Positions 22,967 through 33,718 of a DNA stretch of 36,141 bases are shown one piece after another. This DNA comes from Saprolegnia diclina VS20 (Eukaryota). Under the pieces are notes generated by a model. The model worked only from the letters and a program-made list of their open reading frames with translations. It had not been told where the DNA came from and did not search any database. The stretch lies in contig NW_008246078.1 in the NCBI RefSeq assembly GCF_000281045.1, forward strand, positions 386,200-422,340, read 5' to 3'. Both the position numbers and the translations under genes were made by a program. Numbering within the stretch: position 1 is the first letter of the stretch; the number at the start of each line of letters is the position of its first letter.

Positions 22967-25154
22967 ATGAAGTGGACGGTGCTGGCAGCGACGCTGAGCA
23001 TGGCGCTCGCCGCGACCGACGTCGACAGCGACAAGCACAAGCCGGCGCCGACCAAGGCGCATGCGGCGCCCAAGGCCACGGAGCCCACGTCGCCGGCGGG
23101 CATCCAGTTCCGCGACTTTGTCGCGCATGACGACACGCAGACGTGCTCGCAGGACATCCACTCGACGCCGTTCAACGTGCAAGTGCGTGGCACGAACCTC
23201 GGCGGCTGGCTCGTCCTCGAGCCGTGGATCACGCCGACGCTCTTTTACCAGTTCCTCGGCACGCAGGAGCGGTTTGGCGACCAAGCGCCCGAGAAGACGG
23301 CGATGGACCAGTACACGTTTTGCACGGCCTTGGGCAAGGAAGAGGCCAACCGCCAGTTGCGCATCCATTGGAACAACTGGGTCACGGAGGCCGACATCAA
23401 GGAGATGGCGTCGTTTGGCGTCAACTCGCTGCGCATTCCGGTCGGCGACTGGATGTTTGTGCCGTACGAGCCGTACATTGGCTGCACGGACGGCTCGATC
23501 GAGCAGCTCGACCGCGTCCTCGACCTCTGCGACAAGTACAACATCAACGTGCTCATCGACATCCACGGCCACATTGGGTCCCAAAACGGCTTTGACAACA
23601 GCGGCAAGACGCACCAGGTCAAGTGGACATCGCTCGCGAGCACGCAGCCGGTGGGCACGACGACGTTTGAGCACTGGCCGATCCGGTACGCCGAGTGGGC
23701 CGGCACGTTTGACCCGATCAACCACAACTACTCGTCGATCAACTACGCCAACTTGAACCAGTCGCTCACGGTCGTCAACAAAATCGTCACGCGGTACGCC
23801 AACCACCCGGCGATCCTCGGGCTCCAGCCGGTCAACGAGCCGTGGGAGCTCACGCCCATTGACGTGCTCAAGAACTTTTACTGGGACTCGTACAAGGTGA
23901 CCAAGTCGCTCGCGCCGTCGTGGAAGTTTGTCGTACACGACTCGTTCCGCTTTGGCCTGAGCTACTGGTCGCAGTTCATGAAGGGCTGCCCGGACATTGC
24001 GCTCGATACGCACATTTACCAAGCGTGGATGAACCCTGGTACGCGCTTCGATCCTCACTCTGTTTTGTTTATCCTTGGTGCGTGTAGGCAGCGCCGAAGA
24101 CTTCAACTCGAACGCGTGCCAGCAAAAGTACACGATCTCGGACATGGAGAACGCGCTCATGCCCGTCATTGTCGGCGAGTGGTCGGTCGCGACCGACAAC
24201 TGCGCCATGTGGCTCAACGGCTTCAACGACAACCTCCCGGGCTTTCCGAAGGTCATGTGCACCAACCAGAAATGCCCCGTCGACTCGACGTACCTCGGCT
24301 ACGGCTTTCCGGGCACGCCGCTCGACGTGACCAAGCCGATCCAAGGCCCGTACGGGACCGGCACGTCCGGCCCGTCGTTTGGCTACTGCCCGGTCAACAG
24401 CCAGACGTCGTTTGACAAGGACCACCTCGCGTTCACGACCGACATGGTGCGCAAGAAGCTCAACGCGTTCCAGGTCGGCCACGGCTGGTACTTTTGGAAC
24501 TTCAAGACGGAGCTCGACATGACGTGGAACTTCATTCAACTCAACCGGCTTGGCGCGTTCCCCAAGAACGTGAGCAACTACGAGCCGGGCGAGGTCGACA
24601 ATGCGTGTCTCGCCGAAGACAAGGGCGAGTTTGTGTGCCAGGCCAAGCGCGGCGTCAAGGCGTTTGAGCTCGAGAACGGCCTCAAGTACGCGTGCAACTG
24701 CCCCGGCGTCGACTGCAAGGACATTGAGACCAAGTACGCGACTTTGGTTGAGCGCTGCGACTACGCCTACAACGCCTACTGGCACCTCGAACGCGTACGT
24801 CGCCATGCACCGAGCGAGGCTAACGCAATGTGTTTCTGAGTGTAGACCAAGGGCGCGACCTGCGATTTCGGCGGCTCGGCCCATCTGATCTCGATCCCGT
24901 CCAACGTGTCGTATGCGACTGTCGACTCGATTGCGTCGGCCGACATTGCCCATGCGACGTGGAACACGTTGATGGCGTCCGGCGGCTTCATCCTCGGTGG
25001 CATCGTCGGCGTCGGCTTGACGGTGCTGCTCCTCACGATGCACCGCAAGAACGCTGCGCGCAAGATGTACTACGGCCGCAACCCGTCCGATGTCGTGCTC
25101 ATGGGCGACCGCGCCAACGGCGAAGAGCGCACGCCACTCGTCTCCAAGTTCTAA
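22967..25154 (+). CDS. GH5 exo-beta-1,3-glucanase with X8/CBM43 domain and C-terminal TM helix, about 695 aa, 3 exons
   Basis: Signal peptide; VRGTNLGGWLVLEPWITP; acid/base VNEP; nucleophile VGEWS; GWYFWNFK. X8 segment CQAK...LKYAC...VDC...CDYAYNAYW...TCDFGG. TM GGFILGGIVGVGLTVLLLTM. Introns 24039-24087 and 24795-24845. Confidence 0.95.
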
Positions 25155-25706
25155 GTTGCTGCAGTTATCTCCATCTCGTCTTTGCATGTCGTACGTAGCG
25201 TCTTGATGCGGCGTGGCCAAGTTGTCAAGGCAGGGTACCGTCATCTCGCGTCGGGCGAGGAGGACCGAGCGATATGATCGCAGCGGTGGGCATGTACGGC
25301 GACGACGATGGCTTGGCGTCGAGAGTTGCGCTGGCCGAAGGGTGACATGCGAGCGGCGAACTTGAAGTGGCGCGAGCTCGTGGCCCGGCACTGCGCGCTG
25401 CTTGCGATGTGGAGGCGCATGACGCACTGAGCTATACGATGATGCAAGCCTCCTCACAAGAACGTCCTCGGTCGTTCCGGTACCAACATAGTGGGAACCC
25501 AGTACCTCGCCAGGCGAGAAGATGGTGCCATTGGCGCCGCCTTGACACCAGCGACGACGCCCCTACGTGGACGGAAGCTGCAGCATGGCGTCGGTGCGAG
25601 AGCGTAGAAGGCGACGATCGCGGCGGTGCCATGTAGTACGTGGCAGCACGACAACGATGCATTGAGTGAGGCGCGCACAGTAGCAAGTGCAATGTATTGT
25701 TGGCAC

Positions 25707-26165
25707 TTAGGACGACCCGGCTTCGACGTAGAGGGCGTGGTAAAGGAGGTAGGCGTAGCGCGCGAGGACGTAGTAGCCAGGCACGGTCGCGAGAAAGATG
25801 AGCGGGCGCGGGCCGGCCTGCGTGACGCCGCCAGCATGCGCGAGGATCGGGTAGAGGAGACGGATGGCCACGTACACGTACCCGAGCTCGATCTCTTTGC
25901 CCGTCACGAGCGCATTCGCCCAGAAGAGCGAGAGGAAGACGCCTTGCCACTCGACAAAGTTGCCCACGGAGCGGTCGGCGGCGATGAGCACGTCGCTCGT
26001 GTACCGGTTGTAGCGCTCCTTCGTGCTCGTCGCGGCCTTGAGCGCCTTGAACGCCCGGACCGACCGGACCTTCCCGACCACTTGGATGAGGATGTTGAAG
26101 AGGAACGCGCCGGCGTACGCGAGCGTCACCTTGGCGGCCGCGACCGGGACGGTGACCGTGACCAT
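25707..26165 (-). CDS. MAPEG-family membrane protein, 152 aa
   Basis: Four hydrophobic segments; ADRSVGNFVEW and GYVYVAIRLLY match the MAPEG R...N..E and G..Y...R..Y signatures. Confidence 0.8.
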   Translation of the reverse strand: MVTVTVPVAAAKVTLAYAGAFLFNILIQVVGKVRSVRAFKALKAATSTKERYNRYTSDVLIAADRSVGNFVEWQGVFLSLFWANALVTGKEIELGYVYVAIRLLYPILAHAGGVTQAGPRPLIFLATVPGYYVLARYAYLLYHALYVEAGSS

Positions 26166-26695
26166 GCTGGCGAAAATTGGCAACTGCCATCGTGCCACGA
26201 TCAGACATTGGGTTGCGTGGTTTTAGACTACGGGCCAACACTGCGGCGGCGCTCGGCGACGGCCGCCATGGCCACGTGTGCTGTCCGCGCTGCACAGCTT
26301 GCAGTCATGAATTGTAGTTTGGATGTCAATCCTGCCAAGGACAATGTTGTATTGGTCTCATGCCAGCACTATGGTGGAGGCATGCACATGCCGAGCAAGG
26401 ACAGTTCTCGCCGGGCGAATGGACGGCTGTATGCACATGCAGTGCGCCCAAGGGACACTTTAAAGCAGTGCCATGAGAGGCATGCTATGTACATGTACGA
26501 GTCGCTACGCTTGCAGGCGCAGCGCGTGGCGAGCGCACAACGGTGCTGCTGGTGGTCGACGCTAGGTGGCGTGATATTAGCCACCTGCACGTGCCAGGTT
26601 GCGGATTCGTCTTGAGATTTGTATTGCTCATCGTATGATGGCTTTGGTGGGATTCCCAATCATCCGGATAATCTGCACGGAACCGGAAAGATTCG

Positions 26696-28055
26696 ATGCC
26701 AAGGTCGACCGGCGGCGACGGGCTCGATGGCGGCTGGGACACCTTCCTCGATGGCTTCGAGATGGGCGAGCTCAAGACGCTCTGCTACGCGCCGATCCAG
26801 ACCAAGGTCGAGACGCGCTGGGAGCGTCGGAAGCGGCGCGAGCTCGCCGCCACGGTCGGCCATGCGTCCATGGCCTTTCACTGCTCATGCGCCTCTTCTC
26901 TGTGCATAGACAAAGCGCGCGTATCGGTACGTGGCGCTGCGTGCGAAGCCACCAATGGCAATCTTCACGTCCGAAGTACCGTACCCACTGCCGCCGTCGG
27001 CCGGCAAGGCGCAGGCGACATGGACGAGCTACCGGCGGTCGGTCTCGACGACGTCAACGACGCTAGTGCACCTCGCCAACGAGACGATCGTCGATGACTT
27101 TTATACGCACGTTTTGGCCGCGCATGAAGCGACGCTTGCGTGCGCGACGGCCGATGCAGTACACCTCGTGACGGCCTCGGGCCAGCGCGCTCGGCACGGT
27201 GTGCTCCACGCCTCCTCGCCATCCTCGTCGGTTGCAGCGCTCGGCTCGATTGCATGGCTCTCGTCCACGCAGCTCGCCCTTGGTGCGAGCGACGGCGCCT
27301 TGTACCGCTACGACCTCCCGACGATGGCGCGTCTCGATGTCGTACCCGCAGCGCATCTTGACCGCATCGACGTCATCGCCAGCGATGGCCACGGGTGCTA
27401 CACGGGCGCGCGCGATGGCTCGATCGCGCACTGGGACTTCCGCCTCCCGCATCCGAAATCGTATGAGCGTACCGACCACTCGCAAGGCGTCTGCGGCCTT
27501 GCGCTCTCCGCCGACGGCACGCGGCTCGCGTCCGGTGGCAACGACAACCTCGTGTGTCTCTTTGACACGCGGCAGCGGCGCGTAGAGCACCTCCTGCAAG
27601 GCCACAGCGCCGCGATCAAGGCGCTGGCGTGGAACCCGCACGAGCGCTGCGTCCTCGCCACCGGCGGCGGCCTCGCCGACAAGAGCCTCAAGTGCTGGTA
27701 CGCCGTCACGGGCGCGCTGCTCTGCTCGGCGCCCACGTACGGCCAAGTGTCGGCGCTGCTTTGGCCGACAAACCAAAAGCACGAGATCGTGACGGTCGGT
27801 GGGCTTGGTGCCGACGCGGTCCAGCTCTGGAGCTACCCGTCGGGCAAGCGCGTGACGAGCGTGCCAGCCCCATCGAAAGGGCGGCTCCTCGACGGAGCTC
27901 TCTTTGGCGACCACGTGGTGACGCTAAGTGCCGATGGCACGCTGCAGCAGTACGAGCTTGTGCTCGACCGAAAGCGGCGATCGCCTCCGTCCGAGACGGG
28001 GACGCCCGACACACCGGACGAACGACAACGTCGTCGCCGTCTTCGCATGTTGTGA
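26696..28055 (+). CDS. Divergent Cdc20/Fizzy-family WD40 protein (APC/C activator-like), about 434 aa, 2 exons
   Basis: IVDDFYTHVL, HSQGVCGLALSADGTRLASGGNDN, GHSAAIKALAWNPHERCVLATGGGLADK, QVSALLW. Intron 26855-26909 links the upstream ATG exon in frame. Confidence 0.85.
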
Positions 28056-28396
28056 GTGTAGTATGACACGTAGTGAACGAATGTCTCGTCTTTGTATCTC
28101 AAGCAGGCGCGTGCGACGTACGTAGCGTTGATGCAAGGACGTGGACGCTACCGTTGTCATGACTCAAGTGGGTCGAGCAGCAAGGCAGAGGGCGAGGTGC
28201 TCCGGAACGCTTTCACCTGCGACCACGAGGCGCCCGCGCGACAGATCCACCGCACTGCAGTCCCTACTAGTACTAGTAGCCCAACGTCCCGCGACGACCC
28301 CTTCGATCCCAAAGTGTCGACCTTCAGCGTTCCCACTGCGTCTTCAGCCACAAGGCCAGCGCACCTTGGTACAGGAGTCGTAGTCGTGCATATAAA

Positions 28397-28446
28397 AGTA
28401 GCAAGCTAAGCTCTAGTAGCAAGCTCTAGTAGCAAGCTCCAGTAGT
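28397..28446. repeat. 13-bp tandem repeat (AAGCTCTAGTAGC, about 3 copies plus a partial)
   Basis: Units start at 28408, 28421 and 28434 (the last degenerate), with a partial AGTAGCAAGCT at 28397. Confidence 0.85.
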
Positions 28447-28574
28447 TCGAGTAGCTCCATCACACCCTTGTGGTGCTGTAATCAACGGTGCAGTCATCCG
28501 CCATACTACGCCATAGTACGCGGTGTCGCTTGTTGCATGTGGAAGAAGCCAGTGGAGGCTTGGCGCCACAATTT

Positions 28575-28660
28575 AGCCAATCAGCACCGTATGTGGATAG
28601 CGTTCGCGTTTGATTGGCTGCAACGGACCTATCCCGTTTGCATTTCATTTTGGCCAATGG
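28575..28660. promoter_or_regulatory. Cluster of CCAAT boxes upstream of the 28760 gene
   Basis: AGCCAATCA (28575), its inverse TGATTGGCT (28611) and GGCCAATGG (about 28652). Confidence 0.55.
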
Positions 28661-28759
28661 CCTTGCGCGAGCCGGTAGCATCTGGGCAGCCGAGGACGCC
28701 GCGAGGCAGGCGTGGTTGCCTTCCAGTCTGCGATCCACCACCACCTTGGTAAAAGCACA

Positions 28760-29371
28760 ATGCAGGTTGTGACCAACTACCTCGTCAACAGCTCGATGGA
28801 GCAGCTCCTCTCGCTGCGCGCGTCGGCCCGCCTCCTCTTTGCGTGCCTCGCGGTCAACATGCTGCTGCAGGCGGTGTTCATCTCGTACAAACTCATCGAC
28901 ACGGTCGACGCCTCGACGTGGAGCTCGACGGCGCTGGTCTCTCTCGTGGTGTGCTACACGGCGTGGATCGTCATCTCGGCCATTGGCGGCGTCTGCGGGC
29001 TCTACTCGACGCACTACCACCACACGCCGTCGGCGCATTTGTGCCTTGGCGCGTGGCTGCTGCTCGTCGTCTTTCAGCTGCTCGAAGGCGGCATTGCGAT
29101 CTTTTACCTCTCGCCCGAGGCAGAGTTGGGACCCGAGACGCGCCGCATGCTCGCTATCAACACGGCTGCGCTCATCGCGATCGAGGTTCTCTTTATTGTG
29201 TTCATCCTCGGGTACATCCAGCTGCTCGAGTACTGCGCGCCGTTCGACTACAACACGATCCTCGACCATGAGGACGCGCATTTCATGGCAGCGACCGAGT
29301 GCTCGTCGCCCAAGGTGCTCGTGCCGCTGCAAGACATGCCGACCACTTACGGCACCGCTAGTCATGTCTAA
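28760..29371 (+). CDS. Hypothetical four-TM membrane protein, 203 aa
   Basis: Intronless codon-biased ORF with four hydrophobic helices (ARLLFACLAVNMLLQAVFI; ALVSLVVCYTAWIVISAIGG; LCLGAWLLLVVFQLLEGGIAIFY; AALIAIEVLFIVFILGYI). Confidence 0.8.
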   Translation: MQVVTNYLVNSSMEQLLSLRASARLLFACLAVNMLLQAVFISYKLIDTVDASTWSSTALVSLVVCYTAWIVISAIGGVCGLYSTHYHHTPSAHLCLGAWLLLVVFQLLEGGIAIFYLSPEAELGPETRRMLAINTAALIAIEVLFIVFILGYIQLLEYCAPFDYNTILDHEDAHFMAATECSSPKVLVPLQDMPTTYGTASHV

Positions 29372-29372
29372 C

Positions 29373-29698
29373 NNNNNNNNNNNNNNNNNNNNNNNNNNNN
29401 NNNNNNNNNNNNNNNNNNNNNNNNNNNNNNNNNNNNNNNNNNNNNNNNNNNNNNNNNNNNNNNNNNNNNNNNNNNNNNNNNNNNNNNNNNNNNNNNNNNN
29501 NNNNNNNNNNNNNNNNNNNNNNNNNNNNNNNNNNNNNNNNNNNNNNNNNNNNNNNNNNNNNNNNNNNNNNNNNNNNNNNNNNNNNNNNNNNNNNNNNNNN
29601 NNNNNNNNNNNNNNNNNNNNNNNNNNNNNNNNNNNNNNNNNNNNNNNNNNNNNNNNNNNNNNNNNNNNNNNNNNNNNNNNNNNNNNNNNNNNNNNNNN
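29373..29698. other. Assembly gap
   Basis: Run of N in the sequence. Confidence 0.99.
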
Positions 29699-29740
29699 AT
29701 GCTGCGTGGGCACGGGCCAAGAGGCGTCATGTAGTTTTGT

Positions 29741-30223
29741 TCAAGCGTCGCAATGTGGTAGACGCCGTCTGCCGACGGAAGCCACATCTTGTACAAGGTG
29801 CTTGGATCCCTTGGGCAGCGGCAGCGACGCTAGGTACCGCGGTATCTCGAGCTGCAAGTCGTGCGCTTTGAAAAGCGGGAGGCATGTCGGCAAGCTAACG
29901 TCGGGCAGCGCATCGTTGTCCGCCTCGATCGCGTGCTCGACAAGAAAGACCGTTAGCGCGCCCATTGCCCAGTCGACCGCTGCCCCGAGCGTCTCCGCCG
30001 CGGCGTTCATCGCGCTCACGTAGCTGCTGTGCTGCATGGTGGCGCGCTGTCGGCGAAGACGCAAGCGTCCCTCGGACGCTGCGCCTTGGAACGTCACGAC
30101 GATATCAATCGCGTCATCCTCGTCGTTGCACGCGCTCGGTTGGTGCTTGCATGCGATAACCATCGTCTTCTTCTTCTGCTTGGCAGGCCCGCCCATGTTG
30201 ATCGTGGCGGCCATGGGCGCCAT
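29741..30223 (-). CDS. Hypothetical protein (may splice onward into the gap)
   Basis: ORF MAPMAATINMGGPAKQKKK...LEIPRYLASLPLP with coding-like composition, divergent from TMEM161. No family recognised. Confidence 0.5.
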   Translation of the reverse strand: MAPMAATINMGGPAKQKKKTMVIACKHQPSACNDEDDAIDIVVTFQGAASEGRLRLRRQRATMQHSSYVSAMNAAAETLGAAVDWAMGALTVFLVEHAIEADNDALPDVSLPTCLPLFKAHDLQLEIPRYLASLPLPKGSKHLVQDVASVGRRRLPHCDA

Positions 30224-30589
30224 CCTTCGAGGCGCAAGTGCTCGAGTGACGTCAGATACAAGCGCTGTGACTCGTCTCTCAACGGGATGTTCTCGTCTTG
30301 CCAGCGATGTCATTTCACTTCGTCAGTCTATAAACATTTTGGCCTATATACGCTGGTTACATTCGCCGTCCAAGGCGGCTGCATTGTCCACCGGAGACCC
30401 GACGGACGTCGCGGAGGTTGCAGGATCGCGCTCGCAACGTGCCACGTATTTAGAAAGACGCCAACGGCAAAGTGAACGGCAATTTCAGAGTGATGGTCGT
30501 TTCGATTTAAAAATGGCACATGCCACCTTCTGCTGGCCTGCCGCGCGACCACAAGTCCCTCATTACTCGCAGCCCGAGCAGAGCACACG

Positions 30590-32161
30590 ATGGCGGTCCT
30601 CCCGCCCACGTACCTCGGCGCGGTCATCGTGCTCTTTGTGCTCTTCCGACTGCGCCACATTGTGAGCCTCACGACATTGCTCATGCACCGCGTGTCGTAC
30701 TTTCTACCGCCATCGACTGCAGTGCTCGAGTCGCTCAACACGCCGCCGCCGCCCAAGAAGGCCAAGGCGCCCAAGCCCGAGAAGACTGCGACCGAGCGCC
30801 TCGAAGCCATGAAGCTGCTCATGACGCCGATCGAGACCGGGTCGCTCACGCACTGCCTCTACTTTGACTTGCTCGACACGATGGTGCTGCTTGGCGCGAG
30901 CGCCATGGTGGTGTTTTGGCTCCAGCAAGGCGCCGACGCCGCTTCGCCCGACGCAAGCTACTACGTGCTCGTCGTTGCGCTTTTGCTGAGTGTGCTCTTT
31001 CCTGTCCACGTCAAGTTTGGCCATGGCGTCTTTGGCTCGTACGAAGCGCGGCTCGGGCTTGTGGTCGGCGGCCTCGCGCTCATTGTCGCCTGCTTTTGCC
31101 TCTACACGCCGGCCGGTGTCTTTGATTTCGATGTGGACGGCGCGAGCTCGTCGCTCACGTTTCGCGTGGAGCGTGTGCTTGCGTCGATCACCGGCAACAC
31201 CACGGTACCCGCGCCGCCAACGCGGTCGGTCTCGCTCTACCTCGGCGGCAGCCTCGGGCTTGTCGCGGGCGTCATTACGTCGACGCAGTTTCTGCCCGCG
31301 CTTCGTTTCGCGCGCATGTACCTCGACTTTATCTCGAGCCGCGCAATCAACACGAGCTGGAAGATCATACTCCACGTCAACCAGCTCCTCCCGCTGCTTG
31401 TCGCTGCCACGTTTGTCCGGCCGTTCTACGCGCCCTTGCTCACCGGCGCCGTCGTGTGCGACGCAGTCGATACCACGCTCTTTGCGCTGGCGCCGCGCGA
31501 CTGCGGCGCCGCGTTCATGACCGAGTCGACGTTTCGGGACATTCGCTTGGGCCTCATTGTGCTCACAGCGCTACTGCGGCTTGCGTGCTTTCGGTCGCAC
31601 TTGCAGTACTTTCTGCTCGAGCCCAAGGGCATCATCACCGGCATGCTCCTCCAGCGCGGTCGCATCGACACGTCGGCGGTCGTCGACAAGCTCGTGATTC
31701 CATTCTCTTACATTCCAGTGGTCGCACTGCAGTACCTTGCGCCGTGCCTCACGTACGTCGCTGCCGCGATGCTGCTCCAGCGCAAGACCCCGCGCTGCTT
31801 TCACTGGATGGCGTGGCTCGAGCACGTTGGCGTCGACAGGTCGCTCGTCGTCTGCGAGGCCACGACGGCACCGGCACCGGCAGCACCCGCGTTCTTCCTG
31901 GCCGCCGGCACCGACTTGGACACGAACGTGCTGCAGACCATCGTGACGGGACTCCAAGGATATCCGATCGCCCTGCCGTATGTGTTCGAAACGATCCTGG
32001 GCTTTGCCATCTTTTGGACGGCTTTTTCGTGGTTTGGCTTGTCCGTGGCAGGCCTCGTGTACTGGCGCCGCGTCGGCACGCACCACGTGAGCGTCGAGCA
32101 AGAAGAGGTCGTGACCAAGCACATCAAGCGCAAGCTCCAGCGCAAGCACAAGCTCTTGTAA
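30590..32161 (+). CDS. TMEM161: TMEM161-family multi-pass membrane protein, 523 aa, intronless
   Basis: YFLPPS..L + basic loop + L...PIE...L...LYF architecture, FLPALRFARMY, RSHLQYFL, VVALQYLAP and GFAIFWTAFSWF resemble TMEM161A/B motifs from memory. Confidence 0.8.
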   Translation: MAVLPPTYLGAVIVLFVLFRLRHIVSLTTLLMHRVSYFLPPSTAVLESLNTPPPPKKAKAPKPEKTATERLEAMKLLMTPIETGSLTHCLYFDLLDTMVLLGASAMVVFWLQQGADAASPDASYYVLVVALLLSVLFPVHVKFGHGVFGSYEARLGLVVGGLALIVACFCLYTPAGVFDFDVDGASSSLTFRVERVLASITGNTTVPAPPTRSVSLYLGGSLGLVAGVITSTQFLPALRFARMYLDFISSRAINTSWKIILHVNQLLPLLVAATFVRPFYAPLLTGAVVCDAVDTTLFALAPRDCGAAFMTESTFRDIRLGLIVLTALLRLACFRSHLQYFLLEPKGIITGMLLQRGRIDTSAVVDKLVIPFSYIPVVALQYLAPCLTYVAAAMLLQRKTPRCFHWMAWLEHVGVDRSLVVCEATTAPAPAAPAFFLAAGTDLDTNVLQTIVTGLQGYPIALPYVFETILGFAIFWTAFSWFGLSVAGLVYWRRVGTHHVSVEQEEVVTKHIKRKLQRKHKLL

Positions 32162-32794
32162 GGTCAAGCAATAGAAGCCGTCGTGTCCCACCTGCAGAGT
32201 GAAATGCAATGAATTAGGGATGACCCGGCGGGAGGTGGCGGCCGCTGTTGGTCGCCAGGAGTGGTGGCTACGTCTAGGAACCAAGAAAGATCCACCCTGT
32301 CTTCAATGAGCGCACGCAACGAAGGAGAGCTCAGACCGATGGGACAGGCCTGCGTGTCGACGGCCAACGGCATCATACCTCCCGAGCGTGACGGCAAGCA
32401 TGATCGCACCTTGGGCGGCGCTATAGCGTTGAAATGGCACGTCTCTGGCGACGTCTGCATCCTGAATGCCATCTCTGGCGGGTACAACAAGCGCCGCCGA
32501 CGAGGTCGAGCACCTTCCTCGAGGTGGTGGTTGACGTATGTACCCTCCCAGACAGCTGCGCAACCTGCGCGCCCGCTTGCGCAGGGCTATTCTGTCCTAT
32601 GCGTGAACGCTCACTCTAGCGCAATGTGCTAGCGAGACTGCCATCAATTCGGCGACAGAGGCCGAGCCTCGCTTTGGCGAGACCTTGCGTTGGCAGTCTA
32701 CTTGTTGGCAAACGACATGACAACTCGTAGCAGGACGCAATTAGGAAAAATGGGCTGCTATTCCCGATGACAGCAGAAGAGATGGACAAAAATG

Positions 32795-33718
32795 TCAGTT
32801 GAACCCGACGTCCATGAGCTTGCGCGCGTGCCGCAGCTCGTGGTGCAAGCTGCGGAACGTGGTGGCGTCGACGGCGAACGTGGACGAGGCGGCGGGGCTG
32901 GTCCCGTGCATGGTGAGCACGACATGTGCCGTCTTGAGGTGCTACGCCGAGACGCCACATTCAAACCAAAGGATGGAAAAGGGCACGGAGGGCACCTTGG
33001 CGTGGCGTGAGCCAAGGACGACGTCGACATGGGCTTCCAGCCGGTTGTAGGCGTGGCCAAGCTACCGAGCAACTTCAACATGGCATATGCCGGACGTAAA
33101 TGGACCTTCATGTTGGTGGCCGCGAGATGGCGCCGAAGCGCGCTATGCTGCTCGTTGTAGACGGATGCAAACGCTTTTGCCAAGTCGACGGCAAAGCCTA
33201 GCGCCCAGGTTAGCGTGCAAGGGCGCCGACGCGAGGTTACCGAGCTGCTGGAGCTCCGTGGCGAGCGCAACCTCCTCGACGTTGTACTTGGTCGCATGCA
33301 GAAGGATCCACTTGAGCGCGACGATGATGGCCTGTCATATGCAGCGTTGAGCAAGCAATGCATGGAGCGCAGTGTCGCGACCTGGCTGTCAAACTTGGTC
33401 ACGGTGGGCATGAGCAGCACCATGGCCTAAGTATTGACGAATCAAACTCGACGATAAGAAAGCGAGGGCGCGTACGTCGTCGAACGAGCCCTTGTCCGTG
33501 ACGGCGAAGGCGAGCAGTCGCGTGAGCTCGCAGAGATCCACGGCCCCTTGGCTCTACACGCAGGCCGTCACGTCGCCAGCGTAGCAGCACGCGCGCACCG
33601 CTTGGGCGACCACAGGGATCTCGGCGAGCAGCCAGGACGGAGGCTCTTGGTCACCGCAGAAGCGGAATTTCTACGCGACCGCATGAGGCGCGCTGGCAGC
33701 GTCTCGATGGCTCACCAT
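32795..33718 (-). CDS. COMMD4: COMM domain-containing protein 4, 8 exons (first coding exon is the ATG only)
   Basis: Spliced N-terminus M|KFRFCGDQEPPSWLLAEI (compare MRFRFCGDLDCPDWVLAEI); ALKWILLHATKYNVEEVALATELQQLG; C-terminal FRSLHHELRHARKLM. Seven GT-AG introns give one frame. The gene is not apparent from the ORF track. Confidence 0.9.

Noticed and set aside
28397..28460. Short repeat array considered as CRISPR-like
   Set aside because: Contiguous 13-bp units with no spacers, in a eukaryotic context with no cas genes.
32164..32790. Short ORFs between TMEM161 and COMMD4
   Set aside because: No motifs or splice model. Probably convergent 3' UTR or intergenic sequence.
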